From assembly GCA_045617885.1 (NCBI GenBank), contig JAZLJN010000002.1, forward strand, positions 10,184 to 74,183: a DNA stretch of 64,000 nucleotides. Reading direction: 5' to 3'. This document shows positions 10,729 to 20,129 of the stretch, in pieces. The first letter of the stretch is position 1; each line of letters opens with the position of its first letter. Origin of the DNA: Bacteroidales bacterium (GTDB taxonomy: Bacteria > Bacteroidota > Bacteroidia > Bacteroidales > UBA3663). Made by a program: the position numbers and the translations under genes. The notes below the pieces were generated by a model that saw only the letters and a program-made list of their open reading frames with translations, was not told where the DNA came from and searched no databases.

Positions 10729-12240
10729 ATGTTCAAAAGTTTCCAGGGAGCACACGTAATTGACTCCTACCACAAGAACAAGGCGAAGAAGCGTTTCAAG
10801 ATGGATGCTTATATCAAAGCCATCATCGCTGCAATCGTTTCAATCATCATCGCCTGCCTTCCAACCGAATCACTCGGTATTGCCAATCTTGATGCAGTAC
10901 AGCAGCGAGTAATCGCCATCTTCGTCTTTGCCGCTGTCATGTGGCTGACAGAGGCTATCCCATCTTGGTGTACATCCGTACTTATCATCGTGGTGATGCT
11001 GTTTACCATCTCAAACAACTGTCTGACTCCGTTTGCAGGCGTTGAGGGCGCAACCTATGTCCCTTACAAGAGCATCATGGCTTGTTTCGCTGATCCTACC
11101 ATCCTCCTCTTCATCGGTGGTTTCGTATTGGCTATCGGTATGACCAAGACCAAGCTTGACGTCGTATTGGCAAAGAAGCTTCTTGCTCCTTTCGGCACTA
11201 AGCCAGCTACTGTTCTCATGGGCTTCATCATGGTTACTGCACTGTTCTCAGCTTTCGTTTCTAACACCGCTACCGCAGCTATGATGCTTGCCTTCCTGGC
11301 TCCTGTACTCCGTGCCATGCCTGATGGTTCGAAGGATCGCGTGGCTTTGGCTATGGCTATTCCTATCGGTGCAAACATCGGTGGTATCGCTACTCCTATC
11401 GGTACCCCTCCTAATACCATCGTACTCGGTTATATGAATGAGACTCTCGGCATGAGCGTAGGCTTCGGCGAGTGGATGCTCAAGATGGTGCCTTTCGTAA
11501 TCATTCTGCTCGTTGCTGCTTGGGGACTTCTGCGTTTCATGTTCCCATTCCAGCAGAAGGAGATCAAGCTGCAGATTGAAGGCGAGTTTGAGCCAACTGC
11601 ACAGACTCACATCGTGATCTGGACCTTCGTTGTCACCATCTTCCTCTGGTGCTTTGCCAGTGTTGACTTCTCTTCAATCGGTCTGCCACAGGTTGCATGG
11701 AACCTCGGTTTGAATTCAAACATTACCGCACTTCTTCCTGTAGCAATCTTCTGTGTGACTGGCGTGTTCACCAAGCATGACCTTGAGGAGATCAACTGGT
11801 CAGTACTCTGGATGGTTGCCGGTGGTTTCGCTCTCGGCGTAGCTCTTAATACTACCAAGCTCTCAAGCGTATTGGTTGATGCTATCCCATTCGCTGAGTG
11901 GAGTCCACTGCTCGTAATGGTTATCTCTGGTCTCGTATGCTTCGGTTTCTCTAACTTCATCAGCCACTCTGCTGCTGCTTCACTCCTTACCCCAGTACTC
12001 GGTGTAGTTGCTGGCGCCATGGCAACTGCAGGCAAGCTTGATCAGGGCGGTGTAGCACAGATGCTCATCGGCGTAGCTATCGCAGCTTCAGTTTCAATGA
12101 TTCTGCCTATCTCTACTCCTCCAAATGCCATCGCTCACTCTACTGGCTTTATTCAGCAGAAGGATATGATGACCGTAGGTATCATCGTTGGTATCCTTGG
12201 CCTCGTTATCGGTTATAGCTGGATGTTCCTCGTATTCTAA
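10729..12240 (+). CDS. SLC13/DASS family anion:sodium symporter
   Basis: 503 aa polytopic membrane protein with duplicated SNTATAAM / PPN hairpin motifs (FVSNTATAAM, GTPPNTI, STPPNAI). A TATCTTTG box lies at 10634-10641. Confidence 0.85.
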   Translation: MFKSFQGAHVIDSYHKNKAKKRFKMDAYIKAIIAAIVSIIIACLPTESLGIANLDAVQQRVIAIFVFAAVMWLTEAIPSWCTSVLIIVVMLFTISNNCLTPFAGVEGATYVPYKSIMACFADPTILLFIGGFVLAIGMTKTKLDVVLAKKLLAPFGTKPATVLMGFIMVTALFSAFVSNTATAAMMLAFLAPVLRAMPDGSKDRVALAMAIPIGANIGGIATPIGTPPNTIVLGYMNETLGMSVGFGEWMLKMVPFVIILLVAAWGLLRFMFPFQQKEIKLQIEGEFEPTAQTHIVIWTFVVTIFLWCFASVDFSSIGLPQVAWNLGLNSNITALLPVAIFCVTGVFTKHDLEEINWSVLWMVAGGFALGVALNTTKLSSVLVDAIPFAEWSPLLVMVISGLVCFGFSNFISHSAAASLLTPVLGVVAGAMATAGKLDQGGVAQMLIGVAIAASVSMILPISTPPNAIAHSTGFIQQKDMMTVGIIVGILGLVIGYSWMFLVF

Positions 12241-12267
12241 GTATTGAAAAATCTTAAGATTCCTAAT

Positions 12268-13323
12268 ATGAAAAAGGGTTTTGCCTTTGGTGCTATGTTG
12301 GCTTTAGCGCTGCCTCTGATGGCTGCTGAGCCTGCGTCGAATGAGATGAATTATAGCCGCACGGAGACTGGTTTTGTCTCTGCCCCTAAGTTCGGAGGTT
12401 ATGTCATTGGTCGCTATCAGTACAGTGACAAGGATGCCTCAAAGGGTGGTGCTGGTTTCAATCAGCGTCTGATCCGTTTCTATGTGGATGGCACTATCCT
12501 CAAGGACTTTGCTTATCGCATCCAGATTCAGACCAACAATGACGGCTTCCACATGAAGGATTTCTTCGTGGAGTGGCGCAAGTATAAGTTCGCTCAGGTC
12601 AAGGTGGGTCAGTTCAAGCGCGCTTTCGGTTTTGAGAATCCAATGAATCCATGGGATATCTCTACCGGCGACTATTCGCTCATGACCAAGCTGCTCACAG
12701 GTCATAACGACTATCTCGGCGCTGACATCAAGGGCAGTACTAATGGCGGACGTGACCTCGGCATTCAGGTGCAGGGTGATTTTATGCCAGTAGGCGCTGA
12801 TAACCATAACCTCTTCCATTATCAGGTCATGGTGTCAAATGGTACGGGTATCAACTGCAATGATAATGACGGCAAGAAGGATATCACGGCTACCCTTCAG
12901 GTTCAGCCAGTCAAGGGTCTTTATCTTGGTGTCTTCGGTTGGAAGGGTACATATAATGCTACGGTCAATGGCGTACTTGACAACCACAGCCGTAACCGCT
13001 ACGCTTTCGGTGCCAAGTATGACAAGGATGGTTATACTTTCCGTTCGGAGTATGCACATGGTCAGTCCGACCTCGGTATGGCTGATGCCTGGTATGTAGT
13101 AGCAGGTGCTCCAGTCAATGATTGGTTCAGAGTTTCTGCCCAGTATCAGACAGCTCGTGTAGGCAAGGCATGGAATCATGCTCAATGTATGTATTCTGTC
13201 ATTCCAGAGTTCCAGCTTCACAAGAACCTCAAGTTGCAGGTACAGTATAACTTCAATGACAATCGTTACGGTGCAGACAAGCACTTCAACGAGCTCTGGG
13301 TGGAGACCTATTTCAGATTCTAA
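12268..13323 (+). CDS. Outer-membrane porin (phosphate-selective porin O/P-like)
   Basis: MKKGFAFGAMLALALPLMA signal peptide, alternating beta-strand pattern, and a C-terminal ...WVETYFRF aromatic terminus. It is co-directional with, and 27 nt downstream of, the DASS transporter. Confidence 0.7.
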   Translation: MKKGFAFGAMLALALPLMAAEPASNEMNYSRTETGFVSAPKFGGYVIGRYQYSDKDASKGGAGFNQRLIRFYVDGTILKDFAYRIQIQTNNDGFHMKDFFVEWRKYKFAQVKVGQFKRAFGFENPMNPWDISTGDYSLMTKLLTGHNDYLGADIKGSTNGGRDLGIQVQGDFMPVGADNHNLFHYQVMVSNGTGINCNDNDGKKDITATLQVQPVKGLYLGVFGWKGTYNATVNGVLDNHSRNRYAFGAKYDKDGYTFRSEYAHGQSDLGMADAWYVVAGAPVNDWFRVSAQYQTARVGKAWNHAQCMYSVIPEFQLHKNLKLQVQYNFNDNRYGADKHFNELWVETYFRF

Positions 13324-13406
13324 AGATAATCCCACGAGTTATCTCCTCTTTGCCTCTGGTTGAGACATTAGAAGAATATTAGACAGTGAATAGATTTTGC
13401 AGTTAG

Positions 13407-13568
13407 TACCTTATCGGCAAAGTCTATTCACTTTCTCATTTGAATATCATTGTCAATCTTGGCATTCTTGCACTCTTCAAATACTATAATTTCTTCACAG
13501 ACAGTATTTCTGAAGTCCTGACAGGACTAGGCATCGGTGTAAGCTTCTCGGCTTTTACCGCAATTTGA
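13407..13568 (+). pseudogene. Remnant of an MBOAT (AlgI/DltB-type) O-acyltransferase gene: N-terminal fragment only
   Basis: My translation reads YLIGKVYSLSHLNIIVNLGILALFKYYNFFTDSISEVLTGLGIGVSFSAFTAI*. The NLGIL..FKYYNFF segment is the conserved first-helix signature of MBOAT proteins. The open frame is bounded by stops, with no start codon and no downstream continuation. Confidence 0.5.
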
Positions 13569-13659
13569 GGCTAAACGAACATTCAGCAATGAGCAGGCGA
13601 CACTGGGCTGCAGTATGATGCTCAGGAGATACTCAGCATCGTGTACGAAAATCAATAAT

Positions 13660-14898
13660 ATGGAAAAACTCTGGAACAGAAACTACCTAAGGGCATGGGG
13701 TGCAAACTTCACGCTCTTCTTCTCGTTTATGCTGGTTGTTCCTTTGCTGCCCATCTATCTGCAAGAGGAATTCGGTGCCAGTAAGGATGTGATCGGCACG
13801 GTATTGAGTGGATATACAGCCGTGGCTTTGCTTACACGAGCCAGTAGCGGATATCTGGTTGATACTTTCCCCCGCAAGCAGATTCTGGTATTGGGATTCG
13901 TCCTGCTCACGGCATTCTTCGTGGGTTATATCGTGGCTGGGTCATTACTTATGTTTGCCGTAGTCAGGACCCTTCACGGCTTTCCCTTTGGTATCAGTAC
14001 AGTAGCCAACAGCACGGTAGCCATTGATGTGCTGCCTGCCTCACGGCGTGCAGAGGGAATTGGCTACTATGGATTATCCAACAACGTAGCTACAGCCATC
14101 TCGCCTACCATCGGACTCTGGCTCTATGATACGTTCCATAACTTTGACATTCTCTTCGGTACCTCCATGGCGATGGCACTCCTGGGAGTATGGTGTGTAT
14201 ATACAATTCGCGTGGATACAACCCCCATCAACCCGCACTCGGCTCACAACTCATGCTCCACCGATACTATACACTCCCTTCCCCCTATAAGGGGGCAAGG
14301 GGATGGGGATGGAGGCTTCCTCTCCCGTCTTTATCTCCTGCCAGCATGGAGCGAAGGACTGGCTATTGCCTGCTATTCCTTCGCGTATGGCGTGGTGAGC
14401 ACCTACGTAGCCATCTACGGACGTGAGGAACTGGGTATAGCTGGAGGTTCAGGCCTGTTTTTTGCGCTGTTGGCATCAGGACTTATCTTATCCCGTCTGG
14501 TAGGAAGCCGCACGCTACGCAGAGGCAAGATAGTACGCAATGCCTCCATCGGATCCTTCATCAGTTGTCTGGGTTATCTGCTTTTTGCATTACTTCACAA
14601 TGAGATCGGTTATTATGGCGCCGCCTTGTTGATAGGTCTGGGCAACGGACATCTCTGGCCTGCGTTCCAGACCATGTTTATCAATCTCGGCCCCGTCAGC
14701 AAGCGTGGTACAGCCAACGCCTCACTGCTTACCTCCTGGGATCTGGGCGTCGGCATCGGAGTCATCAGCGGAGGTGTCTTTATCGAACACCTTGGTTATC
14801 ATTCCGCCTTCTGGAGTGCATGGATAATTGAAGTGCTGGGCGTACTATTCTATTTCATCCATGTACGTAACAGTTATTTGAAGCACAAGCTCCGATAG
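13660..14898 (+). CDS. MFS transporter
   Basis: About 412 aa from MEKLWNRNYL. It has 12 predicted TM segments and an MFS loop motif (GYLVDTFPRKQIL). The central loop carries a G/D-rich insert (PPIRGQGDGDGGF). Confidence 0.8.
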   Translation: MEKLWNRNYLRAWGANFTLFFSFMLVVPLLPIYLQEEFGASKDVIGTVLSGYTAVALLTRASSGYLVDTFPRKQILVLGFVLLTAFFVGYIVAGSLLMFAVVRTLHGFPFGISTVANSTVAIDVLPASRRAEGIGYYGLSNNVATAISPTIGLWLYDTFHNFDILFGTSMAMALLGVWCVYTIRVDTTPINPHSAHNSCSTDTIHSLPPIRGQGDGDGGFLSRLYLLPAWSEGLAIACYSFAYGVVSTYVAIYGREELGIAGGSGLFFALLASGLILSRLVGSRTLRRGKIVRNASIGSFISCLGYLLFALLHNEIGYYGAALLIGLGNGHLWPAFQTMFINLGPVSKRGTANASLLTSWDLGVGIGVISGGVFIEHLGYHSAFWSAWIIEVLGVLFYFIHVRNSYLKHKLR

Positions 14899-14902
14899 GG
14901 GA

Positions 14903-15136
14903 TCACTTCTGTTCGGCAGAAGCAGCGTCTTTCTTCTCCTTTGATTCAGGAGCCTCCTCCTTCAGCACGTTTTCTCCCTCCTTTATACCATCCTTAAAGC
15001 TCTTGACACCAGCGCCTAAGCCACGCATCAGCTCAGGAATCTTCTTGCCGCCGAAGAGGAGCAGTGCAACTAGAGCAATGAGAACAAGTTCGGTGGTTCC
15101 GATCATGCCGAGAAAGGGAATCTGAAGAAAAGTCAT
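14903..15136 (-). CDS. tatA: Twin-arginine translocase TatA/TatE family subunit
   Basis: 77 aa. It has a single N-terminal TM segment followed by an amphipathic helix: GTTELVLIALVALLLFGGKKIPELMRGLGAGVKSFKDG. Confidence 0.9.
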   Translation of the reverse strand: MTFLQIPFLGMIGTTELVLIALVALLLFGGKKIPELMRGLGAGVKSFKDGIKEGENVLKEEAPESKEKKDAASAEQK

Positions 15137-15328
15137 ATTGATTGAAATCTAAAAATTAATATTCTTTTGGGAGTAATCTGCCGTCTGTACTTCAAACTCA
15201 TTTGGCACAAGCAAATAACAAATACAGACTATCTTGGTGCAAATATATAGAATTATTGTTTAAGTTGTGCCAAAACTCATCCATTTTTTGTAAATTTGCA
15301 TTGATTTTCACAAAAAAGAATACAAATA

Positions 15329-16609
15329 ATGTCAAATCTTAAGTCTGCCTCACCGAATTATCAGACCCTGACTCTGCCCAGTGGACTCCGCGTCGTATAT
15401 CGTTATCAGGAGTCACCGGTCAGCTATTGTGGATTCATGATGGATTGCGGAACACGCAACGAAATCAACCCGTCGCGCTTCGGCTTGGCACATTTTATCG
15501 AGCATATCCTCTTCAAAGGAACCAGCCATCGTGACTCCTGGCATATCAATAACCGCATGGAGAGTGTGGGAGGCGAACTCAATGCCTTTACTACGAAGGA
15601 AGAGACCACCTTTTATAGCGTTTTCCTCAACCAGCACTATGAGCGAGCCATTGAGCTGCTGTGTGACCTGGTATGCAATCCTACGGCTCCCGAGCGGGAA
15701 CTTCTCAAGGAACAGGAGGTAGTCATTGACGAAATCATGTCCTATCGGGACACCCCCTCCGAACTGATATTTGACGAATTTGAGAATCGCCTGTTCGCTG
15801 GTCATCCTCTGGGACACAACATCTTGGGCAGTGAGGATACGGTGCGGACGTTCCATAGCGAAGATTGCCTGCAGTTCATCCATGAGAACTATACGCCACA
15901 GAATGCCATATTCTTCTTTCAGGGCAAAGAGGAGTTTGAGCGGGTAGTGCGGAAGCTGGAGAAGTGGTATCACCCCAATCAGAAAATAGGAGAGGAGGGC
16001 AGTCAGACTGCCGCTGAGGCTACACCGCTGTTAACGTTTGACGCCGACGAGGGCGGCATACACACTCCCTTCATCCTTTCAGAGGGACATCATCAGTCGC
16101 ACGTCCTGCTCGGAGCCACCACTTATCCCATCGGGCATCCAGATGCTGCCGCATTGGCGCTCATCAATAATATATTAGGCGGACCGGGAATGAATAGCCG
16201 ACTGAACCTTTCCCTGCGTGAACGCCGGGGCTTGGTCTATAATGTGGAGAGCAACCTGACCAGCTATACAGACGCAGGATACTTCAGTATCTACTTTGGC
16301 TGTGATCATGATGATGTGAAGCGTTGCCTCCGTCTCTGCCAGCAGGAGATAGAACGCTTGGGCAACACACCGCTTTCCCTCACGCAGCTCTCTGCCGCCA
16401 AGCGACAGCTCTGCGGTCAGCATGGAGTGGCATCCGCTAATCTGGAGAACAGTGCCATAATGCTTGCAAAGAACCTTCTCCGACTGGGACGCATAGAGAC
16501 GAGCGAAGATACCTATCAGCGCATCAACGCCGTTACGCCAGAGCAGATCATGCAAATAGTAAATTCCCTGTTCGCTATAGATCACCTGAAGGCAATTATC
16601 ATCCAATAG
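15329..16609 (+). CDS. M16 family (pitrilysin/insulinase-like) zinc peptidase
   Basis: 426 aa with the inverted zinc motif HFIEH (HxxEH) followed by LFKGT. A TAAATTTG box lies at 15291-15298. Confidence 0.9.
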   Translation: MSNLKSASPNYQTLTLPSGLRVVYRYQESPVSYCGFMMDCGTRNEINPSRFGLAHFIEHILFKGTSHRDSWHINNRMESVGGELNAFTTKEETTFYSVFLNQHYERAIELLCDLVCNPTAPERELLKEQEVVIDEIMSYRDTPSELIFDEFENRLFAGHPLGHNILGSEDTVRTFHSEDCLQFIHENYTPQNAIFFFQGKEEFERVVRKLEKWYHPNQKIGEEGSQTAAEATPLLTFDADEGGIHTPFILSEGHHQSHVLLGATTYPIGHPDAAALALINNILGGPGMNSRLNLSLRERRGLVYNVESNLTSYTDAGYFSIYFGCDHDDVKRCLRLCQQEIERLGNTPLSLTQLSAAKRQLCGQHGVASANLENSAIMLAKNLLRLGRIETSEDTYQRINAVTPEQIMQIVNSLFAIDHLKAIIIQ

Positions 16610-16616
16610 TCATTAT

Positions 16617-16639
16617 TTGCGCCAATCCCGCTGGCGCAA
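16617..16639. repeat. Short hairpin containing the 15-mer GCCAATCCCGCTGGC (left edge of the CRISPR-Cas island)
   Basis: TTGCGCCA (16617-16624) pairs with TGGCGCAA (16632-16639) around a 7-nt loop. The identical 15-mer recurs at 33963-33977. Confidence 0.6.
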
Positions 16640-16713
16640 AAACTGCCTTAATATGGCACAATTTGTATGTGCGAATTACATTAGTTTTTTGAACATCTAT
16701 TTGTAAAAATAGT

Positions 16714-16753
16714 AAAAATCTGCAAGAAATTTTCTTTTTTGCAGATTTTTTTT
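16714..16753 (+). terminator. Intrinsic terminator insulating the M16 peptidase gene from the cas operon
   Basis: AAAAATCTGCAA (16714-16725) pairs with TTGCAGATTTTT (16739-16750), and the T-run continues to 16753. Confidence 0.65.
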
Positions 16754-16782
16754 GCTTTTTGTATAAAAAAGTATTACATTTG
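16751..16782 (+). promoter_or_regulatory. Bacteroidetes-type promoter for the cas6-csm5 operon
   Basis: TTTG at 16751-16754 and TACATTTG (TAnnTTTG) at 16775-16782, with a 20-nt spacer. It lies 33 nt upstream of the cas6 ATG. Confidence 0.5.
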
Positions 16783-16814
16783 TCACCGAAAAACAATTAA
16801 CCCTGCATATAACC

Positions 16815-17540
16815 ATGGAAAATGGAAAACAAATAAAAGTGTTGACTTTGCAGTTCGATACAGAGATAGCGGCATGGGAGGTTCCGCTTTTTCGTGGAGC
16901 TGTATTATCGAGTATTGGAAAGGATGTTGACATATTATTTCATAATCATGCCGAGGATGAAAAATTTCGTTATTCTTACCCTTTGATCCAATACAAACGT
17001 TTAGGAGGAAAGGCTGCTATCGTTTGCGTGCAAGAGGGTGTGGATAGTATCGGACAGTTCCTTGTGGTTCAGGATTCAACTTTTGTCCTTGGAGACAGGA
17101 CTGTAACCCTTGCCATGCAGAGTGTACGCCCGCAGAATATTCTAATACAGACATGGCAGAGCGATTTTGCTTATCGTTTACAACACTGGTTGCCATTAAA
17201 TAGTAAGAACTATCAAGTATATCAGGAGACGGAATCTCTTTCGGCACGCATTTCTTTGCTTGAAGGAATATTGCGTGGCAATCTTCTCTCGATGTGCAAA
17301 GGACTTGGTATCCATCTGACAGAAGAACTGAAGGTTAGTATCAATTGGCTGTCTAATCCTCAATCAGTCAAGCACAAAGGAATTAGAGTTCTGTCTTTCG
17401 ATGTGAATTTCAGTACCAATTTGAGTATTCCCGATGGCGTAGGTATCGGAAAAAATGCGAGTATTGGTTTTGGAACGGTACGAAAAGGATTAGGAAAGGA
17501 TAATAAAAAACAAGAACATAATGAATCAAATAACGAATAG
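16815..17540 (+). CDS. cas6: CRISPR-associated endoribonuclease Cas6
   Basis: 241 aa. It has the N-terminal LFHNH...FRYSYPLIQYK motif and the C-terminal glycine-rich loop GVGIGKNASIGFGTV typical of Cas6 RAMPs. It is the first gene of the effector operon. Confidence 0.75.
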   Translation: MENGKQIKVLTLQFDTEIAAWEVPLFRGAVLSSIGKDVDILFHNHAEDEKFRYSYPLIQYKRLGGKAAIVCVQEGVDSIGQFLVVQDSTFVLGDRTVTLAMQSVRPQNILIQTWQSDFAYRLQHWLPLNSKNYQVYQETESLSARISLLEGILRGNLLSMCKGLGIHLTEELKVSINWLSNPQSVKHKGIRVLSFDVNFSTNLSIPDGVGIGKNASIGFGTVRKGLGKDNKKQEHNESNNE

Positions 17541-19026
17541 CATGTATGACAAACTTTTTGTAGGAGGTGATTTGTCGGGAATTCAGAAATTCCTTTATAA
17601 TATCACCTCCAAGAAGGCTGCAGCGAGCCTGAAAGGTCGATCTTATACCTTGAGGAAATACATGGAAGATGTCTGCACAAACATGCAACGCTTGCCTATT
17701 GTAGCCGCAATTAAGCCTGAAGAGATTTATTGCTCAGGAGGCAAATTCTATGTAATTGTGCAGAATGCTCCTATGGTGCAAGAAACACTTGTGGAATATT
17801 CACAAAAGGTAAAAAGCAAAATCTGGGAAGATCACCGGGGGCAGCTTGCTATCAATTTCAGCATAGTACCTTTTAGCGAGAACCCTGATAAGAGTATCAA
17901 TGCCAATGGACAGACAAATCAGAATTTAGGATTCTTGTGGCGTTGTGTAAACGAAGACTTCGCTCGTCAGAAGAGTCAGAAGTTCCTGGATCAGATCAAA
18001 GACCATTATGAAGATTTCTTTGAGGTTAGCAAGGTAGGTGGCACTCCAAAAGTCTGTGCTGTAACTGGTGTTGAATCGGACAACTGTGTATCATTCCGAT
18101 ATGGAAAAGAGGATCCTATCTGGGTGCTCCCTTCGGTGAAAGAGCAGATTGAAATAGGAGAAGAATTAAGTCGCAAAGAGGGATCAAAATCATTCGAGGA
18201 TTATGCCAAAATATCAGAGGAAAACAATACCTACATCGGCATTCTGAGAATGGATGTTGATGGATTGGGAAAACTATTTGCAGAAAAACTCAAAACCTTT
18301 GAGAAATACAAAGAGTTTTCCGCCCGATTGGATGCTTATTTCACCAGTCGACCAGAAACAGGATATATCAGCAATCTACAGAAGATTCAGCAAAAAGCTC
18401 TATACAAAGACTATCTTACAATCATATATGCTGGCGGTGATGATATCTTTGCTGTAGGACGATGGGACAAGATCATTGATTTCGCAGCGGAGGTTAGAGA
18501 AAATTTCGTTGAATATGTAAATACAGAAGGTGTCTCAATCTCTGGTGGCGTTGCGATCGTACATCCAAAATTTCCTATTGCAAAGGCTGCAGAAATGGCA
18601 GGTGACGCCGAAGATGCCGCTAAGAACTACAGAGATGGAGAGAAAGATGCATTCTGTATGTTTGGCGAGGTGGTATCTTGGAAGGATGAGTTCGAGTATG
18701 TTGAACAATATAAGAACGAGTTTGTAAAATATATTAGCAACCCATATAATATGCCGCGTAGTATCTTACACAAAATTATGAGTTATGCGGCAATGCATGA
18801 ACGCTATAAAAAAGGGGAATCCCAAAACTGTCAGTACATATGGCATTCTGCATATTATTTGACACGATTTATAGATCGGTTGAATGATAAAAAAGATGCT
18901 GAAGTAATTACCTTCTGTAAAAAACTTCGCGATCAAGAAATGTTCGGCAAAGATGATAATTTACGATTATTATCCATCGCTGCCAGATGTGCAGAATTAA
19001 CATTAAGAATACAATCAAATCTTTAA
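17521..19026 (+). CDS. cas10: Cas10 (Csm1-type) large subunit, short form without an HD nuclease domain
   Basis: 501 aa. It starts directly at the Palm1 motif GGDLSGIQKFLYNI. It also has MDVDGLGKLF and the cyclase motif GGDD (18433-18444, IIYAGGDDIFAVGRW). No H..HD motif is present N-terminally. Confidence 0.85.
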   Translation: MNQITNSMYDKLFVGGDLSGIQKFLYNITSKKAAASLKGRSYTLRKYMEDVCTNMQRLPIVAAIKPEEIYCSGGKFYVIVQNAPMVQETLVEYSQKVKSKIWEDHRGQLAINFSIVPFSENPDKSINANGQTNQNLGFLWRCVNEDFARQKSQKFLDQIKDHYEDFFEVSKVGGTPKVCAVTGVESDNCVSFRYGKEDPIWVLPSVKEQIEIGEELSRKEGSKSFEDYAKISEENNTYIGILRMDVDGLGKLFAEKLKTFEKYKEFSARLDAYFTSRPETGYISNLQKIQQKALYKDYLTIIYAGGDDIFAVGRWDKIIDFAAEVRENFVEYVNTEGVSISGGVAIVHPKFPIAKAAEMAGDAEDAAKNYRDGEKDAFCMFGEVVSWKDEFEYVEQYKNEFVKYISNPYNMPRSILHKIMSYAAMHERYKKGESQNCQYIWHSAYYLTRFIDRLNDKKDAEVITFCKKLRDQEMFGKDDNLRLLSIAARCAELTLRIQSNL

Positions 19027-19032
19027 ATACAT

Positions 19033-19464
19033 ATGAAATATCCGTCTACTGAATTAAAACCAGAGTGGGTTTATGCTCCAATTACTCCAGATATAGTGGA
19101 ATGGTGTAAATCTTTTGGAGAGTTTTTATCACCTGCGTGCCTAACAGACTCAAAAAAACCTCTAACGACATCGCAATTACGCAGATTCTTTGGAGAAGTG
19201 AAAAGAATTAAGATGCAAAAAGTGATTCAAGGAGATGACGTCGCTATGTTGAATCCACAACTTGCATATGCGGTAGGTCGAGATAAAGATAACTTTGGCA
19301 AGAATAAAACAAGGATTGCTGAGTTTCAACAACAACTGAGCAAAGCTATCAGTGCGATTCGATTCGATGAACATTTGGCTCAAGATTACGATCATTTTAT
19401 ACAAATCTTCGAAGCTATTGTTGCATATCATAAATACTATGGTGGAAAAGAGAATACAAAATAA
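19033..19464 (+). CDS. csm2: Type III small subunit Csm2 (Cas11)
   Basis: 143 aa, helical, with LTTSQLRRFFGEVKRI, NPQLAYAVGR and FEAIVAYHKYYGG motifs. It sits between cas10 and csm3. Confidence 0.75.
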   Translation: MKYPSTELKPEWVYAPITPDIVEWCKSFGEFLSPACLTDSKKPLTTSQLRRFFGEVKRIKMQKVIQGDDVAMLNPQLAYAVGRDKDNFGKNKTRIAEFQQQLSKAISAIRFDEHLAQDYDHFIQIFEAIVAYHKYYGGKENTK

Positions 19465-19473
19465 TAATTGACT

Positions 19474-20112
19474 ATGGAAAGATTGATCAAAAAAATAAAG
19501 GTAAATACTACTCTTGAGTTACTTACAGGTCTTCATATTGGAGGAAGTACAGAAAATGTTGAGATTGGTGGCATAGATCGTCCAGTTATCAAAATAGCTG
19601 TACGAGATAATCAACCTTATATTCCAGGTAGTTCAATTAAAGGCAAGATACGTTGTCTTTTGGAACAAGTAAGAGGCGCCGTAGAGGTAGGTAATGATGA
19701 TTCCGTAAATGACTTATTTGGGTTCGCTCAAAAAGATCTTCCATCTAAACTCATTGTTCGCGATAGTTTCCTCTCTTCTGATTCTGTAAAACAATTCCAG
19801 AATTGTGATAATCTAGATATGCCTTTTACAGAAGGTAAATGGGAGAACACTATTGAACGCGTTAAGGGTGTGGCCAAGAATCCACGTTTGATAGAGCGAG
19901 TACCTGCTGGTGCAGTTTTTAATGTTGAGTTTATCATCAATGTATGGGATGATGAAAAGAACTCTGTAAGACTAATGAATATGTTGGAAGAAGGAATCTC
20001 ATTACTTGAAAATGATTATTTAGGCGGCAGCGGCTCAAGAGGATATGGCCAAGTTCGTTTTGGAGAGTTGCAGAAGACTGAACTCTCTGCAGAGAATAAC
20101 TGGAAAGCATAA
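19474..20112 (+). CDS. csm3: Csm3 (Cas7 backbone RAMP, crRNA-guided RNase subunit)
   Basis: LELLTGLHIGGSTENVEIGGIDRPVIK...PYIPGSSIKGKIRCLLE and C-terminal YLGGSGSRGYGQV. The ATG at 19474 is preferred over the TTG at 19468. Confidence 0.9.
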   Translation: MERLIKKIKVNTTLELLTGLHIGGSTENVEIGGIDRPVIKIAVRDNQPYIPGSSIKGKIRCLLEQVRGAVEVGNDDSVNDLFGFAQKDLPSKLIVRDSFLSSDSVKQFQNCDNLDMPFTEGKWENTIERVKGVAKNPRLIERVPAGAVFNVEFIINVWDDEKNSVRLMNMLEEGISLLENDYLGGSGSRGYGQVRFGELQKTELSAENNWKA

Positions 20113-20129
20113 CCATATAAGCAATTATT

